From: an uncultured Peptococcaceae bacterium
GTDB lineage: Bacteria > Bacillota > Dehalobacteriia > UBA4068 > UBA4997
Reading direction: 5' to 3'
Length of the DNA: 64,000 nt
Assembly: GCA_947625705.1 (NCBI GenBank)
Contig: CANQPG010000004.1
Location: 1,484-65,483 of the forward strand
Shown here: positions 10,301 to 20,167 of the stretch, piece by piece
How positions within the stretch are numbered: the stretch's first letter is position 1
Layout: every line of letters begins with the position of its first letter
The notes under the pieces: generated by a model
The model's database searches: none
Told to the model about the DNA's origin: nothing
The model's input: the letters and a program-made list of their open reading frames with translations, nothing else
Made by a program: the position numbers and the translations under genes

Positions 10301-10503
10301 GTAATATCTTCCTTCCGTTGCGGTCATTTTTGCCGATATATTCAGCGTCTTATATCATAACACATTCCGCCGGCAAAATCCAGCCCGTTTTGCCGCCCGC
10401 CGCAAAGATTGAAATTTGACGAAATATATGTTACAATAGCTTGAAGTGTTAGTTTTCCGATTAAAAAGTGTATGTTTGTGTTAACCAGAGAGGAAGTTTT
10501 GCG

Positions 10504-12114
10504 ATGATCAGCAGGCTTAGCCACGCAGTCCGCCGCTTGATTTTGGCGGCGCTGCTTGCGGCGGCGCTGTTTTTGGCTCTGAGCGGCACGGCTTGGGCAG
10601 ATGATGCCGTCACCCGTACAGGCGGCCAGATGTATACCGTTATCAACACCGTACAGCTGGAGAACCGCAGCGCCCGCCCCATTTACAATATCCGTCTGGA
10701 GGTGCCGCTGGCCGAGACGGCAAGCGTCGTCTGGCAGGATTTTCTGGGCGAGGAGTTATCGCCCCAGCCGGCGGAGATCACCACCAACGCCGCGGGCACG
10801 CGGGTGGCTGTTTATAACCTGAGCCGGCTTAATGTGGGCGAGACGGTGCAGCTGATCCAGCGGGTGGCCGTGCGGAATTACTGCGTCAGCTTTGACACGC
10901 AGACCATGACGGACGAGCCGCTGCCCGAGAGCCTTTCGGCGTATCTTGACCCGACGGAGAATATCAATTCCGATATGGAGGATATCCGGCAATTTGCCCG
11001 GCTGGCCGCCGCGTCCTCCAACAACGCTTATCTGAAAGCGCGGCTGCTGTTTGCGTCAGTCAACCAATACATGACGTATGATAACTCTGCCCGAGGCAGC
11101 CATTCCGCAACACAGGCTTTTCAAACCCGCCGCGGCAACTGCGAGGATTATGCCAACCTGTACGCCGCCTGTCTGCGCTCGCAGGGGATCCCGGCGCGCG
11201 TGTGCAGCGGCTATCTATACAGCCGCGAAGCGCAGACGAACAACAGCTATTTAAGCCCCGCCGGGCATATCGACGCGGATCAAATTCGCCACAGCTGGGT
11301 GGCATTTTACATCAGCGGCATGGGCTGGCTGGTGGCCGACCCCACGTTCTCTTACACCGACGGGGAGGCCGGCGACACGATAGTAGACTGGGATCGCTTT
11401 GCCAAGATAACCCCCGCCAACCGTCTGGTTTACACCGGCGGCCAGCTGCCGGATAACAGCAGTATCAGCTATACATATCAGGGCGCGGCGCCTTACGTTA
11501 CCTACCATTCGGAGCTGGCGCTGTATTCGCTGATTTTGCCGTTTCGGGATCTGGTCGACCATTGGGCGCAGGAAAGCGTGCTGGGGCTTTATTACAACAC
11601 GCCCCAGCTGGTGACGGGTATTTCCGATAACTATTTCGGCGTTAACGAGAACCTGACCCGGGCAGAGCTGGCAACTATGCTGAACCGGGCGCTGGACAAC
11701 GCCGCCCCCCTGGGCAGAGCCGGTATGCGCGAGGTCAGCTTCAATGACCTGCCCGAGACGCATTGGGCGTATAACGAGGTGGCCAAGGCCGTCGCCCGCG
11801 GCATACTCACCGGTTATCCGGACGGCACCGTGCGCCCCGACGCCGAAATTACCCGCGCCGAAGCGGCAGCCATGCTGAGCCGTGTTATCGGCGGCGAGAC
11901 GCCGGGAACCCCCGCGCCCTACGCTGATGTTACGGCAGCAGGCTATGGCTGGGCGTCGGCTGCGATCGCCCGTCTATCCGAGCTGCAAATCATGAACGGC
12001 GTGGCGGCGGGCACTTTTGAGCCGGGCCGAACCATGACGCGCGGCGAGGGCGCGGCCATCATCTACCGCTGGCTGCAAAGCGACGTTTACCGCAGCACAT
12101 ATCTCAACTATTAA
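10504..12114 (+). CDS. Secreted transglutaminase-like cysteine protease-fold protein with three C-terminal SLH domains
   Basis: Has a signal peptide. The transglutaminase core is RRGNCEDYANLYAACLRSQGIPARV plus HSWVAFY..WLVADPT. Three SLH repeats are present (FRDLVDHWA.., FNDLPETHWA.., YADVTAAGYGWA..). Confidence 0.85.
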   Translation: MISRLSHAVRRLILAALLAAALFLALSGTAWADDAVTRTGGQMYTVINTVQLENRSARPIYNIRLEVPLAETASVVWQDFLGEELSPQPAEITTNAAGTRVAVYNLSRLNVGETVQLIQRVAVRNYCVSFDTQTMTDEPLPESLSAYLDPTENINSDMEDIRQFARLAAASSNNAYLKARLLFASVNQYMTYDNSARGSHSATQAFQTRRGNCEDYANLYAACLRSQGIPARVCSGYLYSREAQTNNSYLSPAGHIDADQIRHSWVAFYISGMGWLVADPTFSYTDGEAGDTIVDWDRFAKITPANRLVYTGGQLPDNSSISYTYQGAAPYVTYHSELALYSLILPFRDLVDHWAQESVLGLYYNTPQLVTGISDNYFGVNENLTRAELATMLNRALDNAAPLGRAGMREVSFNDLPETHWAYNEVAKAVARGILTGYPDGTVRPDAEITRAEAAAMLSRVIGGETPGTPAPYADVTAAGYGWASAAIARLSELQIMNGVAAGTFEPGRTMTRGEGAAIIYRWLQSDVYRSTYLNY

Positions 12115-12142
12115 TAAAAGCAAGCGTAAAGGAGAAATTGCC

Positions 12143-13309
12143 ATGAAAAACTTTACTTTTCAAAGCCCCACCAAATTTGTTTTCGGGCGCGATACGCACC
12201 GCAAGGCGGGCGCGCTCGCGGCGGCATTGGGCGCCAAAAAGGTGATGGTGCTGTACGGCGGCGGCTCGGCGGTGCAGAACGGCACGCTCGCGGCGGTTTT
12301 GCAGTCGCTGGACGAAGCGGGGCTGGATTATGTTTCGGCGGGCGGCGTACAGCCCAACCCCGTCAGCTCTTTCGTTTACAGTGCGATTGAGGGCGCGCGT
12401 GAGGAGGGCGTGGATTTTCTGCTGGCGGTGGGCGGCGGCTCAGTCATCGACACGGCCAAGGCAGTGGCGCTGGGCGTGCCGTATCCGGGCGATTTTCTCG
12501 ATTTTTACCGCGGCAAACCGGTTAAGGAAGCTCTGCCCGTCGGCGTGGTGCTGACCATTCCGGCGGCGGGCAGCGAGGGTTCGCCCAACACCGTGATCAC
12601 CGACGAGGAACACCACATCAAAAAAGGCGCGGCGGGCGAATGTCTGCGCCCGAAATTCTCGATACTGAACCCGGAGCTTACGTTCACATTGAGCAAGTAT
12701 CAAAGCGCCTGCGGTATCTCCGACATGATGGCGCATATTTTTGAACGTTACTTCACCAAAACACCGGAAAACGCCGTGACCGACCGCCTGTGCGAGGGGC
12801 TGCTGCTGGCCATTAAGGACGTGGCCATGCGCGTGATTATCGACAGCGAGGATTATGAAGCGCAGGCCGCGCTGATGTGGGCGGGCATGCTGGCGCACAA
12901 CAACCTCTGCGGCGTCGGGCGCGACCAGGACTGGGGCAGCCACGCGCTGGCGCACCAGATGTCGGCGCTTTATGACGCGGCGCACGGGGCGGCACTGGCC
13001 GTCATCTTCCCGGCCTGGATGAAATACGTTTACACTGAAGACGTCGCTTTGTTTGCCCGCATGGCGCACAACGTATGGGGCGTTCCCGAAAGCGCCGATA
13101 AGGCGCAGATGGCGCTGGCGGGTATTGCCAAATATGAGGACTTTCTGCGCGGACTTGGTATGCCCACCAAGCTGGCGCAGCTGGATATCCCGGAGGAGGG
13201 CATACCCGAGATGGTGGAGCTGGCGTTTGCGCTGGGCGACCAGACTATCGGCAGCTTTAAGCCAATGACCCCCGCCGATGTGGAGGCCGTCTACCGGCTG
13301 GCGCTCTGA
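12143..13309 (+). CDS. Iron-containing (group III) alcohol dehydrogenase, YqhD/BdhA-like
   Basis: 388 aa with GGGSVIDTAKA and the His cluster SHALAHQMSALYDAAHG. AAAGGAG RBS. Confidence 0.88.
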   Translation: MKNFTFQSPTKFVFGRDTHRKAGALAAALGAKKVMVLYGGGSAVQNGTLAAVLQSLDEAGLDYVSAGGVQPNPVSSFVYSAIEGAREEGVDFLLAVGGGSVIDTAKAVALGVPYPGDFLDFYRGKPVKEALPVGVVLTIPAAGSEGSPNTVITDEEHHIKKGAAGECLRPKFSILNPELTFTLSKYQSACGISDMMAHIFERYFTKTPENAVTDRLCEGLLLAIKDVAMRVIIDSEDYEAQAALMWAGMLAHNNLCGVGRDQDWGSHALAHQMSALYDAAHGAALAVIFPAWMKYVYTEDVALFARMAHNVWGVPESADKAQMALAGIAKYEDFLRGLGMPTKLAQLDIPEEGIPEMVELAFALGDQTIGSFKPMTPADVEAVYRLAL

Positions 13310-15504
13310 TGCTGGCCGGGGTCGTCATCAACAAAAAAACGGCGGCCTTAAACCGCCTGTTTTACTATGCCGTGCCGCCGGGCTGGGAGCTTTTGCCCGG
13401 GCAGATCGTGCGGGTGGAATTCGGCAAACAGAAGCTGGAAGCCGTGGTGGTGGAGCTGGCGGCGGACGGCGCGTATCCGGCGGAAAAATTGAAGCCGCTG
13501 CTTGACATTGTCAATGCGAAGCCGCTGTTCGGCGAAGATCTGCTGCGGCTTTCCGAATTTGCCGCCGATTATTATCTTTGCAGCCGCGCCAGCGTTTTGC
13601 AGGCCATGCTGCCCAGCGGCATGATGCTGACCGGCAAAATGCCGCGCGCCCAAATCAGCCGCCGGGTGCGGCTGAATGACCCGAAAATCATTCCGCACGG
13701 CATGAAGCAGCGCCGGGTGGCGGCCATTCTGCGCGAACAGGGCGAAATGCCGCTTCAGGAGCTGCTGCGGGAGGCGGAAGCCAACATATCAGCTGTGCGC
13801 GCCCTGGCCAAGCAGGGCATAGTCACGATAATCGAAGAAGAGATCTGGGAGGGCGCGGAGCTTGCCCCGCTTCCGGAAACGCGGGAATTATCGCCCCGGC
13901 AGCAGCAAGTTCTGGCCGAGATACGGCAGAATTTTCAAACGGAAAATAAGCCCGTGCTGCTGCACGGCGCGACCGGCAGCGGCAAAACGGAAATATACCT
14001 GCGGCTGGCCGAAGACCAACGCGCCCAAGGCCAGCAGACCATCATATTAGTACCGGAGATCGCGCTGACCCCGCAGACGGTGCGCGTCTTCCGCGAACGT
14101 TTGGGCGGCGGTGTGGCGGTGCTTCATTCCGGGCTTTCGGCGGCGGAGAGGCGGGCGGCCTGGCTGGGGATCGCCTCCGGTCATTATGACCTGATCATCG
14201 GGGCGCGCTCGGCCATTTTTGCCCCCGCGCCCAATTTGGGGCTGATCGTGATCGACGAGGAGCACGAGGCCACCTATAAGCAGGACAATGCACCGCGTTT
14301 CCACACCCGCACGCTGGCCGAGGAGCGCTGCCGCCTGACTGGGGCGGGGCTGGTGCTGGGCAGCGCCACCCCCGACGTCACCAGCTATTATAAAGCGCAG
14401 CAGGGCGAATACCGGCTCTGCGAGCTGCCGGAGCGCATTTTCGGCCGCCCGGCGGCCAAGGTGCGTCTGGTGGATATGAGCCGGGAGTTCCGCGAGGGCA
14501 ACAACAGCGTGTTCAGCCGCCTGCTGCAAAAAAAGCTGACGGAAAACTGGCAGGCGGGGCGGCAAAGCCTGCTGTTCCTGAACCGCCGGGGCTATGAGTC
14601 TTTCGTCTCCTGCCGCAGCTGCGGCTATGTGGTCGAGTGCCCGCACTGCTCGGTGGCGATGTCTTATCACGCGGGCGAAAACGTGCTGAAATGCCATTAC
14701 TGCGGCCAGACGCTGCGCCCGCCCAAGGTCTGCCCGTCCTGCGGTTCGTCTGCTATCCGCTATTTCGGCGCCGGCACACAGAAGATCGTCGAGGCGGCGG
14801 CAGAGCTGCTGCCCGAAGCGCGTATCGCCCGGCTGGATCGGGATTCCACCGCCGAGCGGGGCAGTTACGAGCGCGTCTATCGCGCCATGCTGGCCGGGGA
14901 TATTGATATCCTCGTCGGCACGCAGATGATCGCCAAGGGGCTGGATTTTCCCAATCTGACGCTGGTGGGCGTGGTGGCGGCGGACTTAACGCTGAACCTG
15001 CCCGATCTCCGAAGCGGTGAGCGCGCCTTTCAGCTGACCACGCAGGTGGCGGGGCGCGCCGGGCGGCACCAGGCGGGCGAGGTCATCGTGCAGACGTATC
15101 AGCCGCAGTCGGAGATATTAAAGGCGGCGGCGGGCGAGGATTATCAGGCGTTTTACCGCCGGGAAATATTGCAGCGGCAGCTGGCGGAATACCCACCGTT
15201 CGCCGCGCTTATCCGCATTGTGATCAGCGCGGGAACTTTGCCGGCGGCGCTGGATATCGGCCAAAAGCTGGCATATTTGCTCCAGCAGGCGGTGGAGGAT
15301 ATGCAGGCCGGGGATAAAATGCGTTATTTCGGCCCCAAACCCTGCCCCCGCGCCAAGATCAAAGACCGCTTTCGTCTACAGATCATGCTGAAAGGCAGGG
15401 ATTTAGACCTGCTGCGCGAGGCGGCCAGACGCGCCACGGCTGATTTTCGCCTGCCGCACGACGCGAACCTGGCGGTGGACGTGGAGCCGCTGAATATAAT
15501 CTGA
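13309..15504 (+). CDS. priA: Primosomal protein N' (replication restart helicase PriA)
   Basis: Walker A GATGSGKTE, DEEH box VIDEEHE, and a Cys-rich zinc region CRSCGYVVECPHC...CHYCG...CPSCGS. The ATG shares 1 nt with the adh stop. Confidence 0.93.
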   Translation: MLAGVVINKKTAALNRLFYYAVPPGWELLPGQIVRVEFGKQKLEAVVVELAADGAYPAEKLKPLLDIVNAKPLFGEDLLRLSEFAADYYLCSRASVLQAMLPSGMMLTGKMPRAQISRRVRLNDPKIIPHGMKQRRVAAILREQGEMPLQELLREAEANISAVRALAKQGIVTIIEEEIWEGAELAPLPETRELSPRQQQVLAEIRQNFQTENKPVLLHGATGSGKTEIYLRLAEDQRAQGQQTIILVPEIALTPQTVRVFRERLGGGVAVLHSGLSAAERRAAWLGIASGHYDLIIGARSAIFAPAPNLGLIVIDEEHEATYKQDNAPRFHTRTLAEERCRLTGAGLVLGSATPDVTSYYKAQQGEYRLCELPERIFGRPAAKVRLVDMSREFREGNNSVFSRLLQKKLTENWQAGRQSLLFLNRRGYESFVSCRSCGYVVECPHCSVAMSYHAGENVLKCHYCGQTLRPPKVCPSCGSSAIRYFGAGTQKIVEAAAELLPEARIARLDRDSTAERGSYERVYRAMLAGDIDILVGTQMIAKGLDFPNLTLVGVVAADLTLNLPDLRSGERAFQLTTQVAGRAGRHQAGEVIVQTYQPQSEILKAAAGEDYQAFYRREILQRQLAEYPPFAALIRIVISAGTLPAALDIGQKLAYLLQQAVEDMQAGDKMRYFGPKPCPRAKIKDRFRLQIMLKGRDLDLLREAARRATADFRLPHDANLAVDVEPLNII

Positions 15505-15618
15505 AAAAAATTACGAAACGGCTGGTTTTATCCGCCGTTTTGTGCTATTATATAAGGTAATTATTTTGTCGAACATATTTTGCACATTATATGAAGCATA
15601 ATAATGGGAGTGATAAGC

Positions 15619-17286
15619 ATGGAACAGAAAAGCAAGATCATGAAAGAGGGCTATATGCGCTCGCCGCAGCGCTCGCTGCTGTACGCGCTGGGACTGACCC
15701 CGGAGGAGATCGACCGCCCGCTGGTGGGTATCGTCAATTCGTTCAACGAGGTGGTGCCGGGGCATATGCACCTGCGCGGCATTTGCGACGCGGTGAAAGC
15801 GGGCGTACGGCTGGCGGGGGGAACGCCGCTGGAGTTTCCCGCCATCGCCGTCTGCGACGGCATTGCGATGGGTCACGTGGGCATGAAATACTCGCTGGCC
15901 AGCCGTGAGCTGATCGCCGACTCTGCCGAGACGATGGCGCTGGCTCATGCTTTTGACGCGCTGGTGTTCATTCCCAACTGTGATAAGATCGTGCCCGGTA
16001 TGCTGATGGCGGCGGCGCGGCTGGATCTGCCCTGCATTTTCGTCAGCGGCGGCCCCATGCTGGCCGGGAAGCTCGCCGGCAAGGTGCTTGATCTGAACTC
16101 TAACTTCGAGGCCAGCGGCGCTTTTGCCGCCGGGAAGATCGACGCGGCGGAGCTGATGGCCATTGAGCAGAATGCCTGCCCCACCTGCGGCAGCTGCTCC
16201 GGTATGTTCACCGCCAATTCGATGAACTGCCTGACCGAGGTTTTGGGCATGGGTCTGGCCGGGAACGGCACGGTGGCCGCGGTGGATTCCGGGCGGCTGC
16301 GTCTGGCGAAGCAGGCCGGTATGCAGGTGATGAAGCTGTTGGAAGCAGATATCCGCCCGCATGACATCATGACGGCGGCGGCGTTCAAAAACGCGCTCAC
16401 TGCCGACATGGCGATGGGCTGCTCCACCAACACGGTGCTGCACCTGCCCGCCATTGCGCATGAAGCGGGCGTGGAGCTGAATTTGGATATGGTAAACGAG
16501 CTGAGCGAGGTGACGCCCCACCTCTGCAAGCTGGCGCCGGCGGGCGAACACCATATTGAAGATTTGCAGGCGGCGGGCGGCATGACGGCGCTGATGGCGG
16601 AATTGGCCGAGCTGGGGCTGCTGGATACCACCGTGATGACGGTGACCGGAAAGACGATGGCCGAGAATATCAAGGGCGCGAAAGTGCTGGACGCTAACGT
16701 TATCCGCAGCAAAGAAAACGCCTACAGCCAAAAGGGCGGCCTGAAAATTCTGCGCGGCAATTTAGCCCCGGACGGCGCGGTGGTAAAACGCGCGGCAGTC
16801 GCCCCGGAGATGATGACCCATACCGGCCCGGCGCGCGTTTTCGACGGCGAGGAAGAAGCGGTGGAGGCCATCACCGGCGGCAAAATCAAGGCGGGCGACG
16901 TGGTGGTTATCCGCTATGAAGGCCCCAAGGGCGGCCCCGGTATGCGTGAAATGCTGACGCCGACCTCGGCCATTCAGGGCATGGGACTGGGCGAAAGCGT
17001 AGCTCTCATCACCGATGGGCGTTTCTCCGGAGCGACCCGCGGCGCCGCTATCGGCCACGTATCACCGGAAGCCGCCGAGGGCGGTCTGATCGGCCTGGTG
17101 GAAGAGGGCGACGAAATCGAAATCGACATCAATGCGGGCAGGCTGAACCTGAACGTGGCGGAGGACGTGCTGCAAAAGCGCCGCGCCGCCTGGCAGCAGC
17201 CCGAGCCGAAGATCAAAAAAGGCTATCTGGCCAAATACGCGCAGCGCGTGACTTCCGCCTCCACCGGCGCGGTCACCGTGCGTTAA
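15619..17286 (+). CDS. ilvD: Dihydroxy-acid dehydratase
   Basis: Motifs [24 protein letters not shown] and [24 protein letters not shown] upstream of the ATG at 15619. An alternative ATG lies at 15604. Confidence 0.93.
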   Translation: MEQKSKIMKEGYMRSPQRSLLYALGLTPEEIDRPLVGIVNSFNEVVPGHMHLRGICDAVKAGVRLAGGTPLEFPAIAVCDGIAMGHVGMKYSLASRELIADSAETMALAHAFDALVFIPNCDKIVPGMLMAAARLDLPCIFVSGGPMLAGKLAGKVLDLNSNFEASGAFAAGKIDAAELMAIEQNACPTCGSCSGMFTANSMNCLTEVLGMGLAGNGTVAAVDSGRLRLAKQAGMQVMKLLEADIRPHDIMTAAAFKNALTADMAMGCSTNTVLHLPAIAHEAGVELNLDMVNELSEVTPHLCKLAPAGEHHIEDLQAAGGMTALMAELAELGLLDTTVMTVTGKTMAENIKGAKVLDANVIRSKENAYSQKGGLKILRGNLAPDGAVVKRAAVAPEMMTHTGPARVFDGEEEAVEAITGGKIKAGDVVVIRYEGPKGGPGMREMLTPTSAIQGMGLGESVALITDGRFSGATRGAAIGHVSPEAAEGGLIGLVEEGDEIEIDINAGRLNLNVAEDVLQKRRAAWQQPEPKIKKGYLAKYAQRVTSASTGAVTVR

Positions 17287-17303
17287 AAACGGCGGAGGAC
17301 GAC

Positions 17304-17804
17304 ATGAAACATATATTGAACGTGCTGGTGCAGGATCGTTCCGGTGTGCTGGTGCGCGTGGCCGGGCTGTTCAGCCGCCGGGGCTACAACATCAACAGCC
17401 TGACGGTGGGCAGCACCGAAAACCCCGGCGTTTCCTCCATGACCATTGTGGTGGAGGGCGACGACCGCATTATCGAGCAGGTGACCAAGCAGCTCCACAA
17501 AATCGTCGAGGTGCTGAAGATCAGCGACGTGACCCATGAGGAATACGTGGGGCGCGAGCTTTTAATGCTGCGTGTGGTGGCCAACAAGGAAGACCGGCTG
17601 GAAATTATGAATTTATGCGACATTTTCCGCATTAAAATCGTCGATATCCAGCGCAAAAGCTTCATCATTGAAGCCACCGGCACCAAAAGCAAGCTTTCAG
17701 CCATTGAGGACGCGTTCCGCCCCTTTGGTATTCAGGAAATCAAGCGCACCGGCCTGATCGCCATGGTGCGCGGCGAAAATAAAGCCGCCAAGCGCGAGCA
17801 ATAG
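17304..17804 (+). CDS. ilvN: Acetolactate synthase small (regulatory, ACT-domain) subunit
   Basis: 166 aa with HILNVLVQDRSGVLVRVAGLFSRRGYNINSLTVG, the typical ACT fold of IlvN/IlvH. GGAGGA RBS. Confidence 0.9.
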   Translation: MKHILNVLVQDRSGVLVRVAGLFSRRGYNINSLTVGSTENPGVSSMTIVVEGDDRIIEQVTKQLHKIVEVLKISDVTHEEYVGRELLMLRVVANKEDRLEIMNLCDIFRIKIVDIQRKSFIIEATGTKSKLSAIEDAFRPFGIQEIKRTGLIAMVRGENKAAKREQ

Positions 17805-17822
17805 GAGAGGAGTGTTGGCAAT

Positions 17823-19496
17823 ATGAATGGTGCGGAAGCGATTATCGCCTGCCTGGAGCAGGAGGGCTGCGACACAGTGTTCAGCTATCCGGGCGGCGCG
17901 GTGCTGGGGCTTTTCCAGGCGCTGCGTAATTCCACCAAAATCAAAAACGTGCTGACGCGCACCGAGCAGGGCGCGACCCACGCGGCCAGCGGCTATGCCC
18001 GGGTGAGCGGCAAGCCCGGCGTGTGCATTGCCACCTCCGGCCCGGGGGCGACGAACCTGGTGACGGGACTGGCCACCGCGTATATGGACTCTTTCCCGGT
18101 GATCGCGATAACCGGCCAGGTATCCAGCACGATGATCGGCACCGACGCGTTTCAGGAGATCGATATCACCGGCATTACGCGCCCCATTGTCAAGCACAGT
18201 TATCTGGTGACCAACGTAAACGAGCTGCCCGAGATCGTGAAAGAGGCGTTTTATATCGCCAGTACCGGGCGTCCCGGGCCGGTGCTGATCGACCTGCCGA
18301 AAAACGTGGGCGACCAGGAGTGTACCGCGAAAATCCCCGGCGAGATCAACCTGCCGGGCTATAAGCCCAAGTTTAAGGGGCACGCGCTGAAGATCAAAAA
18401 CGCCTGCCAGGTACTGATGAACGCCAAAAAGCCGCTGATCTACGCCGGCGGCGGCGTGGTGAGCGCGGGCGCCGAGGATCTGCTGCACGAGGTGGCGCAC
18501 CGCCTGGACGCGCCGGTGACCGTGACGCTGATGGGTAAATCCGCTTATCCGTTCCGCGACGGGCATTATATCGGTATGCTTGGTATCCACGGCGCGCCGG
18601 CGGCCAACCTGGCCGTCACCGAATGTGACGTTCTTTTGGCGATCGGCGCGCGCTTCGACGACCGCGTGACCGCCAACGTTGATAAATTTGCCCACGCGGC
18701 GACCATTATCCACGTGGACGTTGACCCGGCGGAGATCGGCAAAAACGTGCCGAGCGACGTGCCCATCGTGGGCGACGCGGCCAGCGTTCTGCACGATATG
18801 CTGGATTATCTGGAGCAGCAGGAGCATGAAGCTTGGCGCGCCCGCATTGAAAGCTGGCGGCCGCTGACCAGCGGCGCTTATGCCGCGCCGGCGCCAGGTT
18901 CGCTCCGCTTCCGTGACGTTATCCGCGAGCTTTTCAAGCAGACGCACGGCAAGGCCATCATGACGACGGACGTCGGCCAGCACCAGATGGTGGCGGCGCA
19001 GTTTTATCATGCCGGCAGAAAGCGCGGTTTTGTCAGCTCCGGCGGCTTGGGCACGATGGGTTATGGCCTGCCCGCCGCGGTGGGGGCGCAGCTGGCCGAG
19101 CCAAACGAGCTTGTCCTCTGCATAACGGGCGACGGCAGCCTGCAAATGACAATGAACGAGCTGGCCACTGCCAAGGCCAATCATCTTCCTATTAAGGTGA
19201 TACTTTCCAACAACAGCAACCTGGGCATGGTGCGCCAGCTGCAAAAATATTATAATGAAGAAAATTACTTCGGCATTGATCTGGAGGGGAACCCCGATTT
19301 CAGCAAGATCGCCGAGGCGTACGATATGTCGTATTACCGCATCGAAAAGCCGGAGGATATCGCGCCGAAGCTTGCCGCGGCGCTTGCCGACGGCAGGCTG
19401 GCGATGGTGGAGTGCGTGATCCCCAAGGAGGAAATGGTCTACCCGATGGTATTGAACGGCAGCGGGCTGGACGAAATGGTGACCGACGTCAAGTAA
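17823..19496 (+). CDS. ilvB: Acetolactate synthase large (catalytic, ThDP) subunit
   Basis: 557 aa. The ThDP motif is [16 protein letters not shown]...[12 protein letters not shown], with an N-terminal TPP_enzyme_N-like region. Confidence 0.93.
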   Translation: MNGAEAIIACLEQEGCDTVFSYPGGAVLGLFQALRNSTKIKNVLTRTEQGATHAASGYARVSGKPGVCIATSGPGATNLVTGLATAYMDSFPVIAITGQVSSTMIGTDAFQEIDITGITRPIVKHSYLVTNVNELPEIVKEAFYIASTGRPGPVLIDLPKNVGDQECTAKIPGEINLPGYKPKFKGHALKIKNACQVLMNAKKPLIYAGGGVVSAGAEDLLHEVAHRLDAPVTVTLMGKSAYPFRDGHYIGMLGIHGAPAANLAVTECDVLLAIGARFDDRVTANVDKFAHAATIIHVDVDPAEIGKNVPSDVPIVGDAASVLHDMLDYLEQQEHEAWRARIESWRPLTSGAYAAPAPGSLRFRDVIRELFKQTHGKAIMTTDVGQHQMVAAQFYHAGRKRGFVSSGGLGTMGYGLPAAVGAQLAEPNELVLCITGDGSLQMTMNELATAKANHLPIKVILSNNSNLGMVRQLQKYYNEENYFGIDLEGNPDFSKIAEAYDMSYYRIEKPEDIAPKLAAALADGRLAMVECVIPKEEMVYPMVLNGSGLDEMVTDVK

Positions 19497-19528
19497 GCGG
19501 CCAATAAATAAAAATTTGCCGCAGGGGC

Positions 19529-19557
19529 TTGCAGAAAATTTATTTTTATGTTAATAT
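19529..19557 (+). promoter_or_regulatory. Putative promoter of tRNA-Thr
   Basis: TTGCAG, 17 nt, TAATAT, about 30 nt upstream of the tRNA 5' end. Confidence 0.45.
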
Positions 19558-19589
19558 AATACAGTCGGTTTCAGCAATGGAACCGTCTT

Positions 19590-19665
19590 GCTGGCATAGC
19601 TCAGTTGGTAGAGCAGCTGATTCGTAATCAGCAGGTCGTGTGTTCAAGTCACATTGCCAGCTCCA
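19590..19665 (+). tRNA. tRNA-Thr (anticodon CGT)
   Basis: GCTGGCATAGCTCAGTTGGTAGAGCAGCTGATTCGTAATCAGCAGGTCGTGTGTTCAAGTCACATTGCCAGCTCCA. The acceptor stem is 7 bp, the anticodon loop is TTCGTAA, and CCA is encoded. Confidence 0.9.
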
Positions 19666-19671
19666 ATAAAG

Positions 19672-19699
19672 CCGCGCTTCTTAACCGAGGCGCGGTTTT
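19672..19699 (+). terminator. Intrinsic terminator after tRNA-Thr
   Basis: A 9-bp stem CCGCGCTTC/GAGGCGCGG with a 6-nt loop, followed by TTTTC. Confidence 0.6.
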
Positions 19700-19733
19700 C
19701 TTATATCCGCCAACAGTTATTTTACCAAAGCAG

Positions 19734-19762
19734 TTGACATTTTGCGCCAAAACAGGTATGCT
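19734..19762 (+). promoter_or_regulatory. Sigma-A promoter of the riboswitch-led B12 operon
   Basis: TTGACA, 17 nt, TATGCT. Confidence 0.55.
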
Positions 19763-19794
19763 TTAAGCGTGATTGAATTTCATATCTGCTCCGA

Positions 19795-20045
19795 CTTTTG
19801 TGGCACATACGCGACCCGGCGGTTTTGATACCGTTGGACACGTATTCTTGTTCCCGCTGAACAAGGGAATCGGGTGAAAATCCCGAACAGGTTTCGGCTG
19901 CTTGGCGGCTGATTCACTAGCTGTGAGTGTGGAGCGCCCTTACTTAAAGCGAAAGCTGACCACTGGCGGCTGTAATGGCTTGACCGGGAAGGTTGTATCG
20001 GCGCGTGGGCACCTGCCTGAACACACAAGTCAGAAGACCTACGAA
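19795..20045 (+). promoter_or_regulatory. Cobalamin (B12) riboswitch aptamer; boundaries approximate
   Basis: Hallmark strings: GGGAATCGGGTGAAAATCCC (19865-19884), GACCACTGG (19958-19966), GGGAAGG (19986-19992) and the B12-box-like AGTCAGAAGACCT (20028-20040). I could not run a covariance model. Confidence 0.8.
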
Positions 20046-20090
20046 AGGGCTTTGATACATATCAAAACTTCTATGCAGGGAACACAAGAG

Positions 20091-20114
20091 CGGTGCGGCA
20101 AGCGCCGTTTTTTT
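20091..20114 (+). terminator. Riboswitch expression-platform terminator
   Basis: CGGTGC-GGCAA-GCGCCG hairpin followed by TTTTTTT. It lies about 50 nt upstream of the ATG at 20168. Confidence 0.65.
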
Positions 20115-20167
20115 ATTGCAGAAAAAAACGGCGGCAACGAGGGTATCAAACAGGGAGGTAACAAAAC

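Noticed and set aside
13307-13311. 1-nt stop/start overlap between the alcohol dehydrogenase gene and priA
   Set aside because: This is probably just compact gene packing. I have no functional link to propose between the two genes.
15505-15618. T-box or leader-peptide attenuator upstream of ilvD
   Set aside because: The region is about 110 nt and AT-rich. It has no specifier/T-box sequence (AGGGTGGTACCGCG-like) and no Ile/Val/Leu-rich mini-ORF.
17697-19244. 515-aa minus-strand ORF
   Set aside because: It lies antisense to ilvB, which has unambiguous ThDP motifs. It is a shadow ORF.
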